A stretch of DNA of 64,000 nt from Paraspadella gotoi (taxonomy: Eukaryota; Animalia; Chaetognatha): the NCBI GenBank assembly GCA_051294375.1, contig CM119268.1:3750579-3814578 (forward strand), given 5' to 3'. Position numbers and translations under genes: made by a program. Numbering within the stretch: position 1 is the first letter of the stretch; each line of letters begins with the position of its first letter. Below, one piece after another: positions 38,901-51,619 of this stretch. The notes beneath the pieces were generated by a model. It was given only the letters and a program-made list of their open reading frames with translations, did no database searches and was not told the DNA's origin.

Positions 38901-39596
38901 CCGCCATTGACCGCGCCCTACGAAGGCCCCTACAAGGTCGTCGGGCGCGACAACTTAAACTTTCGCGTCGAATTACCGGGACGAGGAGTGGAGACAATCG
39001 CCATTTCCCGAATCAAGCCAGCAAACGTTTGGGATGACGTTATCGGAGATGACGCCCCTCCGGAAGGAGCGTCACCACCAACGCCGCCACCACGTGGCCG
39101 GCGCCCTGGCCTCCGAACTCGAATCATCCCACCATCATCGATAGTGACTCGTTCAAAAGCGAAAAAAGACGAAAATGCAGACGTTGCGGCGGCGTTTCCG
39201 GCCACGCCCACTCTCCGGCCCGAGCGAAACAACAAACTCACGGAGGCGACCCTAGCTCAACCCGTCTCTAGTCCGCCTCCATCGACGTCACCATGCCTTT
39301 CTCCGACCGGTCTCCTCGCCCCTTCAGAGGTTTTCCATTTCCCGGACGTTAATGTCACGACGAGGCCCGATTACAACGCAGTACTCAGGCATCTTCTTGA
39401 ACAAAATGAACAGACTGAGCCCAACCGTTCTCAAATACAATCGCCTGCTCACTTAGATTCCTCATTCCCTTCGGTCTCATCGTCTGGGGGGGATGTAGGC
39501 TGGAACCCCGTTTTTCCCAGCCACATAGACTCAGTGGCGGCGCCACTCAAGAAGTTAACATATGGATATTCCAAGTTTCTATATACAGTTCTGTAG
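35976..39596 (+). CDS. pol: Pol polyprotein (protease, reverse transcriptase, RNase H, integrase)
   Basis: LVDGGA protease; RT with PFGLKNAG and YLDD; RNase H TDASD..TDH..NVVADALSR; integrase HHCC, HVDLV, TDRGSQF, NGLVERFH, YEGPYKV. Confidence 0.97.
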   Translation: MNAVPRQTGNSPTKSYLLHVVDASDGRAWLVDGGALLSLTPPTTEQRAAGPQGPQLQAANGSPIACYGTVQKRITLGPRVFPFEILVADVTQNILGADFLAEFFLAPNHRDGILLDLKDYSTIACAKSVGHPPAPINFVGQKDDRFYQLLDSFPSLSKPTFEVKEPKHGVRHFIPTQGRPCQARARRLSPEKLAIAKAELDRMVALGVAVRAKSSWSSPLHCVPKADGGWRVCGDYRRLNAQTIDDRYPVKLLADFNAQLAGKRIFSKVDLLKGYHQIPVAPEDVPKTAVITPFGLYVFLRTPFGLKNAGQDFQRLMDEILGEFPRVYVYLDDILIASETPEQHLDDLKAVFSALEENGLVVNRKKCILGQSSLEFLGYFVDENGVRPLPQRVEALRQTTPPTTVKELQRFLGMINYYRRFIPRIAHHATPLYDSLQGKPKRLNWTQACQKGFDAVKEALANSVLLRHPRTGAQLSLTTDASDHAVGAVLEQRGAQGWEPLAFFSAKLSDSQRKWPPFDRELYGAFRACRHFRPWLEGRTFTLYTDHMSLIHALHKKSEPQTARHTFQLSVISEFTTDIRHVEGKANVVADALSRPNPPLPPVVASIDKPVDADKTEDLSLVASAISLQGIDLQELARQQPLDRDFRKIMEDARTGLRFRRVNIGNQEIVVDVSNGPARPFVPETWRRRIFDAVHGLGHPGIARTRETIAEKFVWPTMRADVTRWARDCIPCQQAKVSRHIVPQIGEFAVPARRFQHIHVDLVMMPASNGYPYLLTAVDRFTRWPAAIPIKDISATTVADAFTHGWVAAFGIPSDITTDRGSQFLSTIWQQLAKSWNCRLHHTSAYHPEANGLVERFHRRLKESLIALGADEPAKWYWRLPSTLLSIRTTIKPDIGASPAQLVYGDGLTIPGAVLNPSVDAQDEAEARRRLRDNLRLEVERLQPAPTSNHRQPRVHLPDSLVTASYVFVRRGGVKPPLTAPYEGPYKVVGRDNLNFRVELPGRGVETIAISRIKPANVWDDVIGDDAPPEGASPPTPPPRGRRPGLRTRIIPPSSIVTRSKAKKDENADVAAAFPATPTLRPERNNKLTEATLAQPVSSPPPSTSPCLSPTGLLAPSEVFHFPDVNVTTRPDYNAVLRHLLEQNEQTEPNRSQIQSPAHLDSSFPSVSSSGGDVGWNPVFPSHIDSVAAPLKKLTYGYSKFLYTVL

Positions 39597-40058
39597 CATA
39601 ATACTATTTGAAACAAAAGTGAACCACTATAATTATGTATAGTTATGTAGATCACTCTAGTGGTATCATTATTATTGTTTCTATATTCCTGTTACCTTTC
39701 CAAAGTTCATTCCTTAACTCATTCACAAGATTCATCCTCTACACCATCCGTTCATGTCTATTAACGTTTATGTTTATAAATGTTGATTTGATGTTTATTA
39801 TTATTGTTTATTGGCCATTTAGCAATATGCAATTTTTTGGTAATCTCTGTTAATCATATAGAATATCTATATGCTTTGATTATTTATTAAGGTTTCTGTT
39901 TTATGATGAACAAAATAAGACTTTGTTCTTGGAACAATTTTAATTATTCAAACTAACAATCGGCAGTCCAGAGACGCTTGAATCCGGCACGTCGGCGAAT
40001 GATGCGACGTCCGAATCAGATTTATTTCCGTTCTGGCGTTTAGTGACCGTTCGCCACA
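39494..40058 (+). repeat. 3' LTR, preceded by PPT (GGGGGGGA, 39486-39493)
   Basis: TGTAGG..CCACA termini, followed by TAAC. Confidence 0.93.
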
Positions 40059-40177
40059 TAACTTCGATGGTTGAAAGTCGATGTATTGTACATCGTGATT
40101 GTTTTATGTTATTTTATTTAATAAAGTAATATTAGAAATAATAATGAATAAATATTTGATTATTAATTATTTATTAT

Positions 40178-40224
<47 letters not shown>

Positions 40225-40593
40225 TTATTATTATTTATTTATTATCATCATTATTATATATTAATATTATTATTATTATTATTATTATTATAATAAGTTG
40301 TTATAAGTTGTATTCGAATAAAATCGCATATAATATTACCTGTAACTACTCATATTCATAATATTAGTAACACTTTTTTAGTTTGGAGTATGAAAGATTG
40401 AATGACGTGTAGAATGATAAATGAATAACCGAATACCAAAACATTTTCAGGAAAAGGACGACGGAGGCGACGACGACGACGAGGACGACGACGACGACGA
40501 CGACGACGAAAACGACGAAATTTCCTTTGATCATCGCCGCGGCGAAAACCGAGAATCGCAAATCATCTGCGCATCAAATTTGCATAAAATGGA

Positions 40594-40628
<35 letters not shown>

Positions 40629-40975
40629 NNNNNNNNNNNNNNNNNNNNNNNNNGAGAAGTTATCTCACTATCCCAACAGCAGACCATAAAAATAATTCGT
40701 GCATGATAATACCTTAATTTTTTAAAGAAGACGTCGCGTTAATTTGATGTCATGATCAAGTGATGATCTTTATCTACTTATTTATCTTATCTTTCTAATC
40801 TTTTAACAACAAATCCTAGCATTTCCGTTAATACCGGTTTCAAGACAAGTTGATTTTATTTGTTTATTTTTATTTTTAATTAAAAAAAATTCAAAGTTTC
40901 TTTTCGATTGTATTTTTTATAGACAGAGGAGAGGATGAGTGAGCTGAAGACTCAACTTCTTAGATGACCCTCGTC

Positions 40976-41630
40976 AGTAAGGCGGTAGTGAAAGTTACAA
41001 ACGAAATTTATAAAAGTCAATTATGAACAAACATACTCACTCAGTGAACATTAATTTGTAAATAAAATCAATTTTTATGTTTTTTATAATTTTCGCAGTA
41101 GGGAGACTATATTTATATATAGTGCTATCTCTTATAAAATAATAAAAATTCAAGATAGCTTTTCCTAATTTTAATTACAGATTTGAATTCGCAGTGGCGT
41201 CAAAAGTTGAATAAAAGAAAATTACTAATCATTTTTTAAAAATTTTTTTTCATTAGTGGGGTTAAAAAATTTAAAAAATAGTATTATATATAAAAATTAA
41301 TTTCAGCTTAAAATATAGCTTTTTCTAAAATTTTTGCACCAACCTTAATGAAGGAATTCCTCAAATAAAGAAGTTATAATTTCTTGTTTATCAACTCTAT
41401 GACGAATCCAAATCTGCAAATAATCTTAAGAAAAAAACTGTTTTGAAAAATTTAACATTTATTGGTTTAGTACTAGTATAAATAAATGGCCCTACTGGCG
41501 TCAATTGTAAAATTTATTATAAATTTTTTAAATAACATAAAATGTTTATTAGTATATATGTTGTTCGTTCCCTTACACTTTTAGAATTTTAATTAAAGTT
41601 GCCAAATTTTAATTTACTAACGGCCTTACT
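40976..41630. mobile_element. Foldback MITE, AGT..ACT termini, 4-bp TSD CGTC (same family as 8050-8659)
   Basis: CGTC|AGTAAGGC..GCCTTACT|CGTC; absent from duplicate unit 2. Confidence 0.85.
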
Positions 41631-42712
41631 CGTCAGTAGAATGAACTGATCATTGGAACAGAGATTAAAGCCCAAAGCTCACGCCTCCAAATCTCTTCGG
41701 TAGCTGAAAGGTCATGAGGAGAATGAGCCACCGAGAGATAACTGATGGAGTCTATGGAGAGACTATATAGGACAGAGTGACTTTGCAACACTACACTCTA
41801 GCACAGTCGTGCCAATGAGCCCGCTACACAATGTCGAGAAATTAAAACAAGAAAACTTTGTTTTTATCATTCATTAGGGATGAGGGGACAGGCAGAGCGT
41901 TCGTTCTTCTTTTAAAGAATTTCATACCAAAAAAAAAAACTCGGATTAGAAACTGGGGAAACTTTTTTCTTTTTTTTGAAACGTCGTTGCGTCACTCGTC
42001 GTCGTCGTCGTTATCGTCTTTGTCGTCGTCTTTGTCGTATCCTTAGGCGCGTCGTCGTTATTGTCGTCGTCGTTCTTTATGCTTCGTCGTCATCTTCTTC
42101 GTCATCCGAGTCGATCGGTCCTCTGTGTCTATCATGTTGTCATCATCATCGTCTCGTCGTCGTCGTCAACGTCGTCGTCATCGTCGCGTCGTCCCACTTT
42201 TCCTCCCTCATCCGAGCAAGACAATTCATCCTAATTTCCAATTTTTTTTCTTTTTTTCATTTTGAAAAAATTTTCATAAAATTTTTCCCCCAATTTTTTC
42301 TTATCGTATAAAAAAATGTCGGAATTTAATTCTGTTCTTCGAAATTATCAAGAGAATAAACTGCCGGTTCATTTAACAAGGTTAAATTTAAAGATTATAA
42401 GTCGAGCAACAAATTGTATACAAATATAGTGAACAGATTTAAACTTATGAAACACGGGTATTATATGGAAAGATGAATAGTGATTGAAAGTTAATCTTAC
42501 ACAGGACTTTTTCATAAAAATGAATACCCAGTGGGTAATATAATACGAACCGACAGACCGACCAAACCAAACTCCGACCCAATTAAAGAAAATTAGAAGA
42601 AACTTTTTATTTGTACTTAATTTTTTTTTTCAGACTTTTTTGGGGCAAAAATATTTTCATCTGATGTTTTTTATGCAGACGATCGGACCGCAGGGGGGAA
42701 ATGAGAAGGGCA

Positions 42713-42789
<77 letters not shown>

Positions 42790-43013
42790 ATGAACAAATG
42801 GAACGAATGTAATAAGAAATCACGATAAATTGTTCACAAGAAAGGAAAAAAGTGTAAAACCAGACGCCGCCGCCGCGCCGCCACCGGCGCCACTGCGCGC
42901 CGTCGCCGCGCCGGCACGCCGCCGTCTTTATGGTCGAATTGGGAGTTTTACAAGAGCGATCTCATCGCGATCACGTCGCATATGTGGTTCACCCCGTTAA
43001 GACGCGCCGCCCC

Positions 43014-43109
<96 letters not shown>

Positions 43110-44130
43110 CGCTTTCGGTTCCCTGAGAGGAAAATCGAAAGGTTGGGGTGAAGTTAAAGAAGAGTGGGAGGAAGGTCGTCGAAATTTGGAATTGGTGAGA
43201 TTGAAAGGTAAATGGTTGAAAATTATGAGTTGGCTTAATTGGTAGAGGAGAGGAAGAGAGGAATAAATAGATACACACCAATATAAATTATCATATCATC
43301 TCAATAAATAGACCAACTTGCTCCGACTTTGGACAGACTATAGGCGGGCTTAAGAATTTAAGACCTCCCATCGTTCTAAAGCAAGATAACAAAAGATAGC
43401 GTGATCCCCGCCAAGCGAATCGCATTGGTTCGAAGAGGTTAAGTTCACAGTTGTGAAGCTCTGCCTGAGGACGTGAGGACGTGAAGGAGCGATCAACTCT
43501 CGATGGAGCAAAACCGGAAGTCGGTCTCTGCTGGACGTCGACGTTCGCGTCGTCGTCCATATTCGAATTCACGGATTTCACAGCACTGATTTTTGTTCTG
43601 AGTTTCACGACTATTTGTGAGTGTTCGAGAGTTCGCAAATTTTTCTCCACCTCTCAATTCTTCAACTTTTTTTAATTTCAATTTTCTTTTTTGAAATTTA
43701 CAAGAACACTTGTTATTGCCATAATTGCAATTTAGTTAGGAATTTATTAAATAAAAGCGACTGACGTGAGGGTCTTGTTAATTTGCCAAACCAATATGAT
43801 ATTGATATTTTTTTTAAATATCTCTTTCAAATCTTAAATGATGTCTACCGATTTAAATTATAGAAGGACGTTGACTATATAAACTCTACGTAATTGCCTA
43901 ATACTAAAACTCGGCAAGACTGCACTCGTGGGGGCGAACATCCTTTCCGTATGAAGAGACTCACAATGTGAAGCCGGTAAAGTTTAATCACGGATCAGCT
44001 GAAGTGAAAAGATAAAAATTAATATGTTTATTTTTAAAAATAAATAATTTTCATCGGCGCGGGTGAAAAAAAATCTAGATTTATGGTGATATGAAAGATA
44101 AGAGAATCAAGGAACAGAAGATGAAAAAAA

Positions 44131-45069
44131 AACAGAAACTTGATTGAGGAAGTTTTCGCTGAACTCACTTTCTTTTCGGATTGCATTTCTGAACTAATCA
44201 CGTGATGTACACAAGCTATGAAATATTGTATAGACAAGCATCTTAATGGTTGATCGCTAATATTTTGTAAAGTATAATACTTTAAATTACTAATAATATA
44301 TATAAAAAGAATTGTTTGCGCTGCTCCTCTGCTTTCAGTGACTTATTTTCACAAATGGCGACGATCGAGGTTTCGAAGAGTTTGTTTATTTATCGAAGTT
44401 AAAAAACAGGAGAGCGATTTAAAATCATTTCCCAAATTGTTGGTAAAACATCCAATAAACATCATAAAATATCGGTTAAAAGGTAAGTAAACGGTCTTTA
44501 ACCCGTTTCGACGTCGTAATTATTGAGGCAACTGAAGAATTTTATAAATCAAATCCAACGTTATCTAAAATGAACTCAGATTGCCTCGGCCAACCCTTTT
44601 TCCCGTCTTCTGTCAATATCCGTCGTTCGCGACTTCCGATCGCAAAATTTTGGGAAACTTGAACAAAGATATTTTCATTTCCAATCGTCGGACTTGAGCC
44701 GTCTACCCGATCGGCGACGCTCGCCACCGCCGATACAGATATAATAATATTGTCCACAATATAAAATATAAAAAAATTAAAATAAATAATAAATAATATT
44801 ATAACCTATACAGATTTCGGCTTCTGTGATCGCTTTTAACATAATCACGCGATACGTAATGGACATCAAAAGTCCTTACGAACCTTAATTATATCACTAA
44901 ATGAAAATATAATTGAATGCATCAATACATATTTTAACAGTTAAAAAATTATTAGGAATTTCTAGGACAAAACTGACGAATAATGACAGAAAGGGGGACC
45001 GCACAGACCGAAGAATTTTACTTAAGAGATGTGGCTCCGCGATTAAGTAGCCACGCGCAAAAAAAAAAA
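44131..45069 (-). mobile_element. HINE-like element (unit 1 copy)
   Basis: Degraded counterpart of 49380-50290. Confidence 0.5.
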
Positions 45070-45202
45070 CAGACATTGGAAAACAACAATAAGTTTGCGA
45101 ATGCTGAGTAATTTCATGCGTTTAGAAAAAAAAAATTATGAGGTACCGAATTTGAAATAGAAATTATGCTTCCGCTTTCGTGAATAAAGTCACGTGAGAG
45201 AG

Positions 45203-45250
<48 letters not shown>

Positions 45251-46599
45251 AAAGACGAATGAGGAAGAATTTCGTCTCTCTCTCTCTCTTTCTCCTCTCT
45301 CTCTCTCTATCTCTCTTTCTCTCTCTTTTTTGGTTAAAGATTAGGCTTAACCGGAATTAGGATTTATATTAGGAGATAAAGAGTGAATTAGACAATTGAG
45401 TTAGGGATACATTCTAATAAATTCTAAAATAAATAAAAAAATAATTAGGGAAGATTATTAAGGTAACAATAAAGTTCAGAGAATGAACGACTGGGGCCGG
45501 TTACAGAAAATACGCGGCAAACTTTTTTTAGCAATACATATATAGTTTCAAGTCTTGGTTTTTAATGTATTTCTCTTATGCCGTTCGAAAATTAAAGAAC
45601 GGGAGAAATATCAAGAAATTTAGAATCCTAAAATTTAGAATCAAGAATCAAGAATCTAGAAAATCAAGAATCAAAGAGGCCTGTTTTAAAAAAAACAGAA
45701 TAATTCATTCCGCCTGGTACTCCGGCAAGTTTTGGCCAGGACAACCTGAACGGCCTCCTTTTATGAGTCTCATACAGTTGAAAGAGGAGAGAGAGAGAGA
45801 GATGAGAGAGAGGAGAGAGAGAGAGAGAGAGAGAGAGATTAAAAATTTTGATTCTGGAACAGAATTATTAAAAATAGAAAAGTACAAGACGTCTTTCGGT
45901 TTTTAATTCGAATGCAATATATTTTTCGCGCCAAAATTTATTTTCATCATAAAGCAAAAAAAGGGCGTAAGAATTTAAAAGGCTGCGCAAAGTTTCGCTT
46001 GGAGAGAAAAGAGGAGAGAGAGAGAGAGAAGAGAGAGAGATGAGAGAGAGAGAGAGAGAGAGGAGAGAGAGGAGTGAGAGAGAGAGAGAAAGAGAGGAGA
46101 GAGAGATCCTTAATTTGATAGAAATAAATATGGAGAGGCGACACAAAGACGCTCGCAGACTTAACTAGGAAACGCAATTCAAAGGGGAGAAAAAAAAACA
46201 AAGTGGTTGAGTAGGACAAAACAATGAAAAGAACAAAAACAACAGAGGCAGTAAGGAGGATAAAGCACAGGCGTGGACGTGAATGGTAGAGAGAAAAACA
46301 AGGTAAAGTTGAAATCGGTGATTTCGGTGAAAGATAGAGGTTAAAGACGCGGGTATGTATTGGTCATATTAGCAAAGATTTTGGCGAATCGGCGACTTGC
46401 GTGACATAGGTATGCGAACTTGGAAATCGCGTGATTATGAAAGGAATGATTGAACACTCGTGATTGTGAAGGAAGATTGAAATTGGCTGATTGTGCAAGA
46501 TGAACCCACTCTGAACACTTGGTTGTTCGTCAATGATCGAAACCATATGACGAGTCGGTGATTGGTGAACCGGAAGCAAAGGATGACAATCGGTGATTG

Positions 46600-46637
<38 letters not shown>

Positions 46638-46742
46638 ATCTCACTTATCCCCTCAGCGACATAAAAATAAAATTCCGTCCATGATAATACTTAATTTTTA
46701 AAGAAGACGTCGCTTAATTTTGATGTCAATGAACAAGTGATA

Positions 46743-46811
46743 TCTTATCTTATCTTATCTTATCTTATCTTATCTTATCTTATCTTATCTTATCTTATCT
46801 TATCTTATCTT
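46743..46811. repeat. (TCTTA)n pentanucleotide microsatellite
   Basis: Perfect tandem array; much shorter in duplicate unit 1 (~40768-40800). Confidence 0.9.
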
Positions 46812-48049
46812 TTAACAACAAATCTAGCATCTTCCGTTAAATACCTTTCAAGACAAAGTTTGTTTTTATTTTGTTTATTTTTTTTTTAATTAAAATTCAA
46901 AAGTTTCTTTCATTGTATTTTTTATAGAAGAGGAGAGGATGAGTGAGCTGAAGACTCAACTTCTTAGATTGACCCCCTCGTCAGTTCCATCACTGACGGG
47001 CCGTCAGTGATGGAACTGATCTTGGAACAAGAGATTAAAGCCCAAGCTCACGCCTCCAATCTCTTCCGGTAGCTGAAGGTCATGAGGAGAATGAGCCACC
47101 GAGAGATAACTGATGAGTCTATGAGAGACGTCTATAGGACAGGTGAACTTTGCACACTACACTCTGCACAGTGTGCAATGCCCGCTACAAATGTCGAGAA
47201 AGTTAAAACAAGAAAACTTTTGTTTTTAATCATTCATTAGGATGGGGGCAGAGCGTTCGTCTTCTTTTCAGAATTTTACACAAAAAAAAACTCGGAATTA
47301 GAAACTGGGGGAACTTTTTTCTTTTTTTGAACGTCGTTGTCGTCACTCGTCGTCGTCGTCGTTATCGTCTTTGTCGTCGTCTTTGTCGTCATCCTTAGCG
47401 GCGTCGTCGTTTTGTCGTCGTCGTCTTTATCTTCGTCGTCATCTTCCTTCGTCATCGTCATCGTCCTCTTTGTTATCATGTTGTCATCATCATCGTCGTC
47501 GTCGTCGTCGTCGACGTCGTCGTCATCGTCGTCGTCCCACTTTCCTCCCTCATCCGCAGACAATTCATCCTAATTTCAACTTTTTTTTTCTTTTTCTCAT
47601 TTTTGAAAAATTTTCATAATTTTTCCCCCTAATTTTTCTTTCGTATAAAAAATGTCGAAAATTTATCTTGGTTCTTCCGAATTTCAGAGAATAATCTCGT
47701 CCGCTCATTTAACAAGGTTAAATTTAAGATTATAAGTCGACACAAATTGTATACAAATATTAGTCAACAGATTTGTAAAATTATAGAAACATCGGTATTC
47801 GTACATATGGAAAGACTGATAGAGTGATTGAAAACGTTAATCTTACAGACTTTTCATAAAAATGAATACCTGGGTAATATATAGACCGACAGACCGACCA
47901 AAAACACCAAAACTCGACCAAATTTAAAAAATTAGAAAAAACTTTTTCTTTGTCTTCAATTTTTTTTTCCTTTTTTGGGGCAAAAAAATTTTCATTGATT
48001 TTTTTATGCAGACGATCGGACCGGAGGGACAAGAGAGGGAAAAGAGAAG

Positions 48050-48121
<72 letters not shown>

Positions 48122-48349
48122 TAAATGAACAAATGGACGAATGTTCAATCAAGAAATCACGATAAATTGTTCACAAAGAAGGAAAAAATGTACAACCCGC
48201 CGCCGCCGCCGCCGCCCCGCCGCCACCGCGCCGTCGCCGCGCCGCCGCCGCCGTCGTTTGGGTCGAATTGGGAGTTTTCTCACAAGAGCCGTGAATCTCA
48301 TTCGCGATCACGTCGCATATGTGGTTCNNNNNNNNNNNNNNNNNNNNNN

Positions 48350-48386
<37 letters not shown>

Positions 48387-49379
48387 GCGTTTCGTTCCCT
48401 GAGGGAAAATCGAACAAGGTTGGGGTGAAGTTAAGGAAAGTGGGAGGAGGTCGTCGAAATTTGGATGGTGAGATTTGAAGGTAAAATGGTTGAATTACTG
48501 AGTTGGCTTTAATTGGTAAGAGAGGAAGAGAGGAATTAAATAGATACAACCAATATAAAAATTATCCATTCATTCAATAAATAAGCCAACTTGCTCCCGA
48601 CTTTGGACAGACTATAGCGGGTTAAGATTTAAGACCTCCATCGTTCTAACAAGATAACAAAAGATAGCAGGACCCCGCAAGCGAACGTTGGTTTCGAAGA
48701 GGTAAGTTCCACAGTTGTGAAGCTCTGCGTGAGGACGTGAGGACGTGAAGGAGCGATCAACTCTCGATGGAGCAAAACCGGAAGTCGGTCTCTGCTGGCG
48801 TCGACGTCGCGTCGTCGTCCATTTCGAATTCACGATTTTCACAGCAGCTGATTTTTGTTCTCGAGTTTCACGACTTTTGTGAGTTTCGAGATTTCGCAAT
48901 TTTTTTCCCTCTCAATTCTTCAACTTTTTTTAATTCAATTTTCTTTTTTATGAAATTTACCAAGAACACTTATTATTCCATAATGCAATTTTAGTTAGGA
49001 ATTTATTAAATAAAAGCGATGACGTGAGGGTCTTGTAATTTTGCATAACCAATATAATATTGATATTTTTTTTAATATCTCTTTCAAATACTTAAATGAT
49101 GTGCTACCGATTTAAATTATAAAGACGTTGACTTATATAAACTCTACGTAATTGCCTAATATAAACTCGGCAAACTGCACTCGTGGGGGCGAACTCCTTT
49201 CCGATGAAGAGACTCACAATGTGAAGCGGTAAAGTTTAATCACGGATCAGCTGAAGTGAAAAGATAAAATTAAATATTTTTTTTTAAAAATAATAATTTT
49301 CATCGCGCGGGTGAAAAAAAAATCTAGATTTAATGTGATATGAAAGATAAGAGAATGCAAGGAACAGAAGATAAAAAAA

Positions 49380-50290
49380 AACAAGAACTTATGAGTTGAA
49401 GGTGTTGCGCTGAACTCACTTTCTTTTTCGGATGCATTTCTGAATAATCACGTGATTACACAAGTATGAAATATTTGTATAACAAGCATCTTATGGTTGA
49501 TCGCTAATTTGTAAAGTATAAACTTAAATTACTAATAATATATATAAAAAGAATTGTTTGCGCTGCCTCTGCTTTCAGACTTATTTTACAAATGGCGACG
49601 ATCGAGGTTTCGAAAGTTGTTTATTTATCGAAGTTAAAAACAGGCGAGGATTTAAAATCATTTCCAAATTGTTGGTAAACAATCCAAATAAACATTAAAA
49701 TATCGGTTAAAAGGTAAGTAAACGGTCTTTAAACCGTTTCGACGTCGTAATTATTGAGGCAACTGAAGAATTTATAAATTTCCAAATCCAACGTTATCTA
49801 AAATAACTCAGATTGCCTCGGCCAACCCTTTTTCCCTCTTCTTCAATTATCCGTCGTCGCGACTCCCGATCGCAAATTTGGGAAACTTGAACAAAGATAT
49901 TTTCATTTCCAATCGTCGGACGTTGAGCCGTCTTACCCGACGGCGACGCTCGCCACCGCCGATACAATAATAATATATTGTCCACAATATAAAAATATAA
50001 AAAAATTAAAAATAAATAATAAATAATATTATAACCTATTAAATTTCGCTTCTTGTGATCGCTTTTACATAATCACGATACGTATGGACATCAAAAGTCT
50101 TACGGAACCTTATTATATCACTAAATATAAATATAATTGATGCATCAATACCAATTTTTTAAGCATTTAAAAAATTTAATTAGGATTCTAGGACAAACTG
50201 ACGAATAGATGGACAGAAAGGGGGACCGACAGACCGAAAATTTACTTAAGAGATGTGCTCCGCGATTAGTCTCAGCGCAACAAAAAAAAA
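49380..50290 (-). mobile_element. HINE-like element (unit 2 copy)
   Basis: AACAAG + hairpin AACTTATGAGTT + subterminal IR GTTGCGCTGA (49404-49413) vs TCAGCGCAAC (50272-50281) + A run; GACCGACAGACCG microsatellite near that end. Confidence 0.65.
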
Positions 50291-50565
50291 CAGACATTGG
50301 AAAACAACAATAGTTTGCGATGCTGAGTAATTTCATTGCGTTTAGAAAAAAAAATTATGAGGTACGAATTTGAAATGAGAAATTATAAGTTCCGCTTTCG
50401 TGAATAAAGTCACGTGAGAGAGAGAGAGAGAGAGAGAGAGTGCGACGGTGCGGCCGAGAGAGAGAGAGAGAGAAGGATGAGAGAGAGGAGGAGAGAGCAA
50501 GGAAGAGAGAGGAGAGAGAGGAGCAGGGAGACCGGGAAAAAAGACGAATTGAGGAAGAGGATTCG

Positions 50566-50622
<57 letters not shown>

Positions 50623-51083
50623 CTCGTCTCTCTCTCTAGTTCTCTCTTTCTCTCTCTTTTTTGGTTTAAAGATTAGGTTAGGAATTAGGATTTATAGTTA
50701 GGAGATAAAGAGTGATTCGACATTAGAGTTAGGGATAAGTCTAATAAATTTCTAAAATAAATAAAAAAATATTAGGGATAGATATTAAGGTAACAATAAA
50801 GTTCAGAGATGAACAGAACTGGGGCGGTTACAGAAAATAGCGCAAACTTTTTTTACATACATATAGGTTTCAAGTCTTAGGTTTTTAATTATTTCTCTTA
50901 TGCCTTCGAAATTAAACGGGAGAAATATCAAGAATTTAGAATCCTAAAATTTAGAATCAAGAATCAAGAATCTAGAATCAAGAATCAAGAGGACCTTTTA
51001 AAAACAGAATAATTCAATTCCGCTGGTACTCGGCAATTTGCCAGGCACCTGAGACGGCCTCCTTTTTATGAGCTCCATACATT

Positions 51084-51114
<31 letters not shown>

Positions 51115-51619
51115 NNNNNNNNNNNNNNNNNNNNNNNNNNNNNNNNNNNNNNNNNNNNNNNNNNNNNNNNNNNNNNNNNNNNNNNNNNNNNNNNNNNNNN
51201 NNNNNNNNNNNNNNNNNNNNNNNNNNNNNNNNNNNNNNNNNNNNNNNNNNNNNNNNNNNNNNNNNNNNNNNNNNNNNNNNNNNNNNNNNNNNNNNNNNNN
51301 NNNNNNNNNNNNNNNNNNNNNNNNNNNNNNNNNNNNNNNNNNNNNNNNNNNNNNNNNNNNNNNNNNNNNNNNNNNNNNNNNNNNNNNNNNNNNNNNNNNN
51401 NNNNNNNNNNNNNNNGAGAGAGAGAGAGAAAATCTAATTTGATAGGAATAAATAATGGAGAGGGCGAGCACGACGCTCGCAGATTAACAGGAACGCAACA
51501 AAGGGGAGAAAAAAAACAAAGGTGGTTGAGAGACAAAACAATGAAAAGAAAACAAAAACAAAGAGGCAGGTAAGGTAGGTAAAGCAGGCGTGACGAATGG
51601 TAGAGAGAAAAACAAAGGA

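Larger units (their letters stand above)
34213..40058 (+). mobile_element. Ty3/Gypsy LTR retrotransposon (Mag-like), near full length
   Basis: LTRs ~34213-34736 (5'-truncated) and 39494-40058 (TG..CA); PBS; PPT; gag plus PR-RT-RH-IN pol. Confidence 0.97.

Noticed and set aside
35067-39241. Antisense and alternative-frame ORFs inside the retrotransposon
   Set aside because: Expected shadows of GC-rich gag/pol; no independent evidence.
50672-50740. Interstitial TTAGG telomeric array
   Set aside because: Only a few degenerate units; not a true array.
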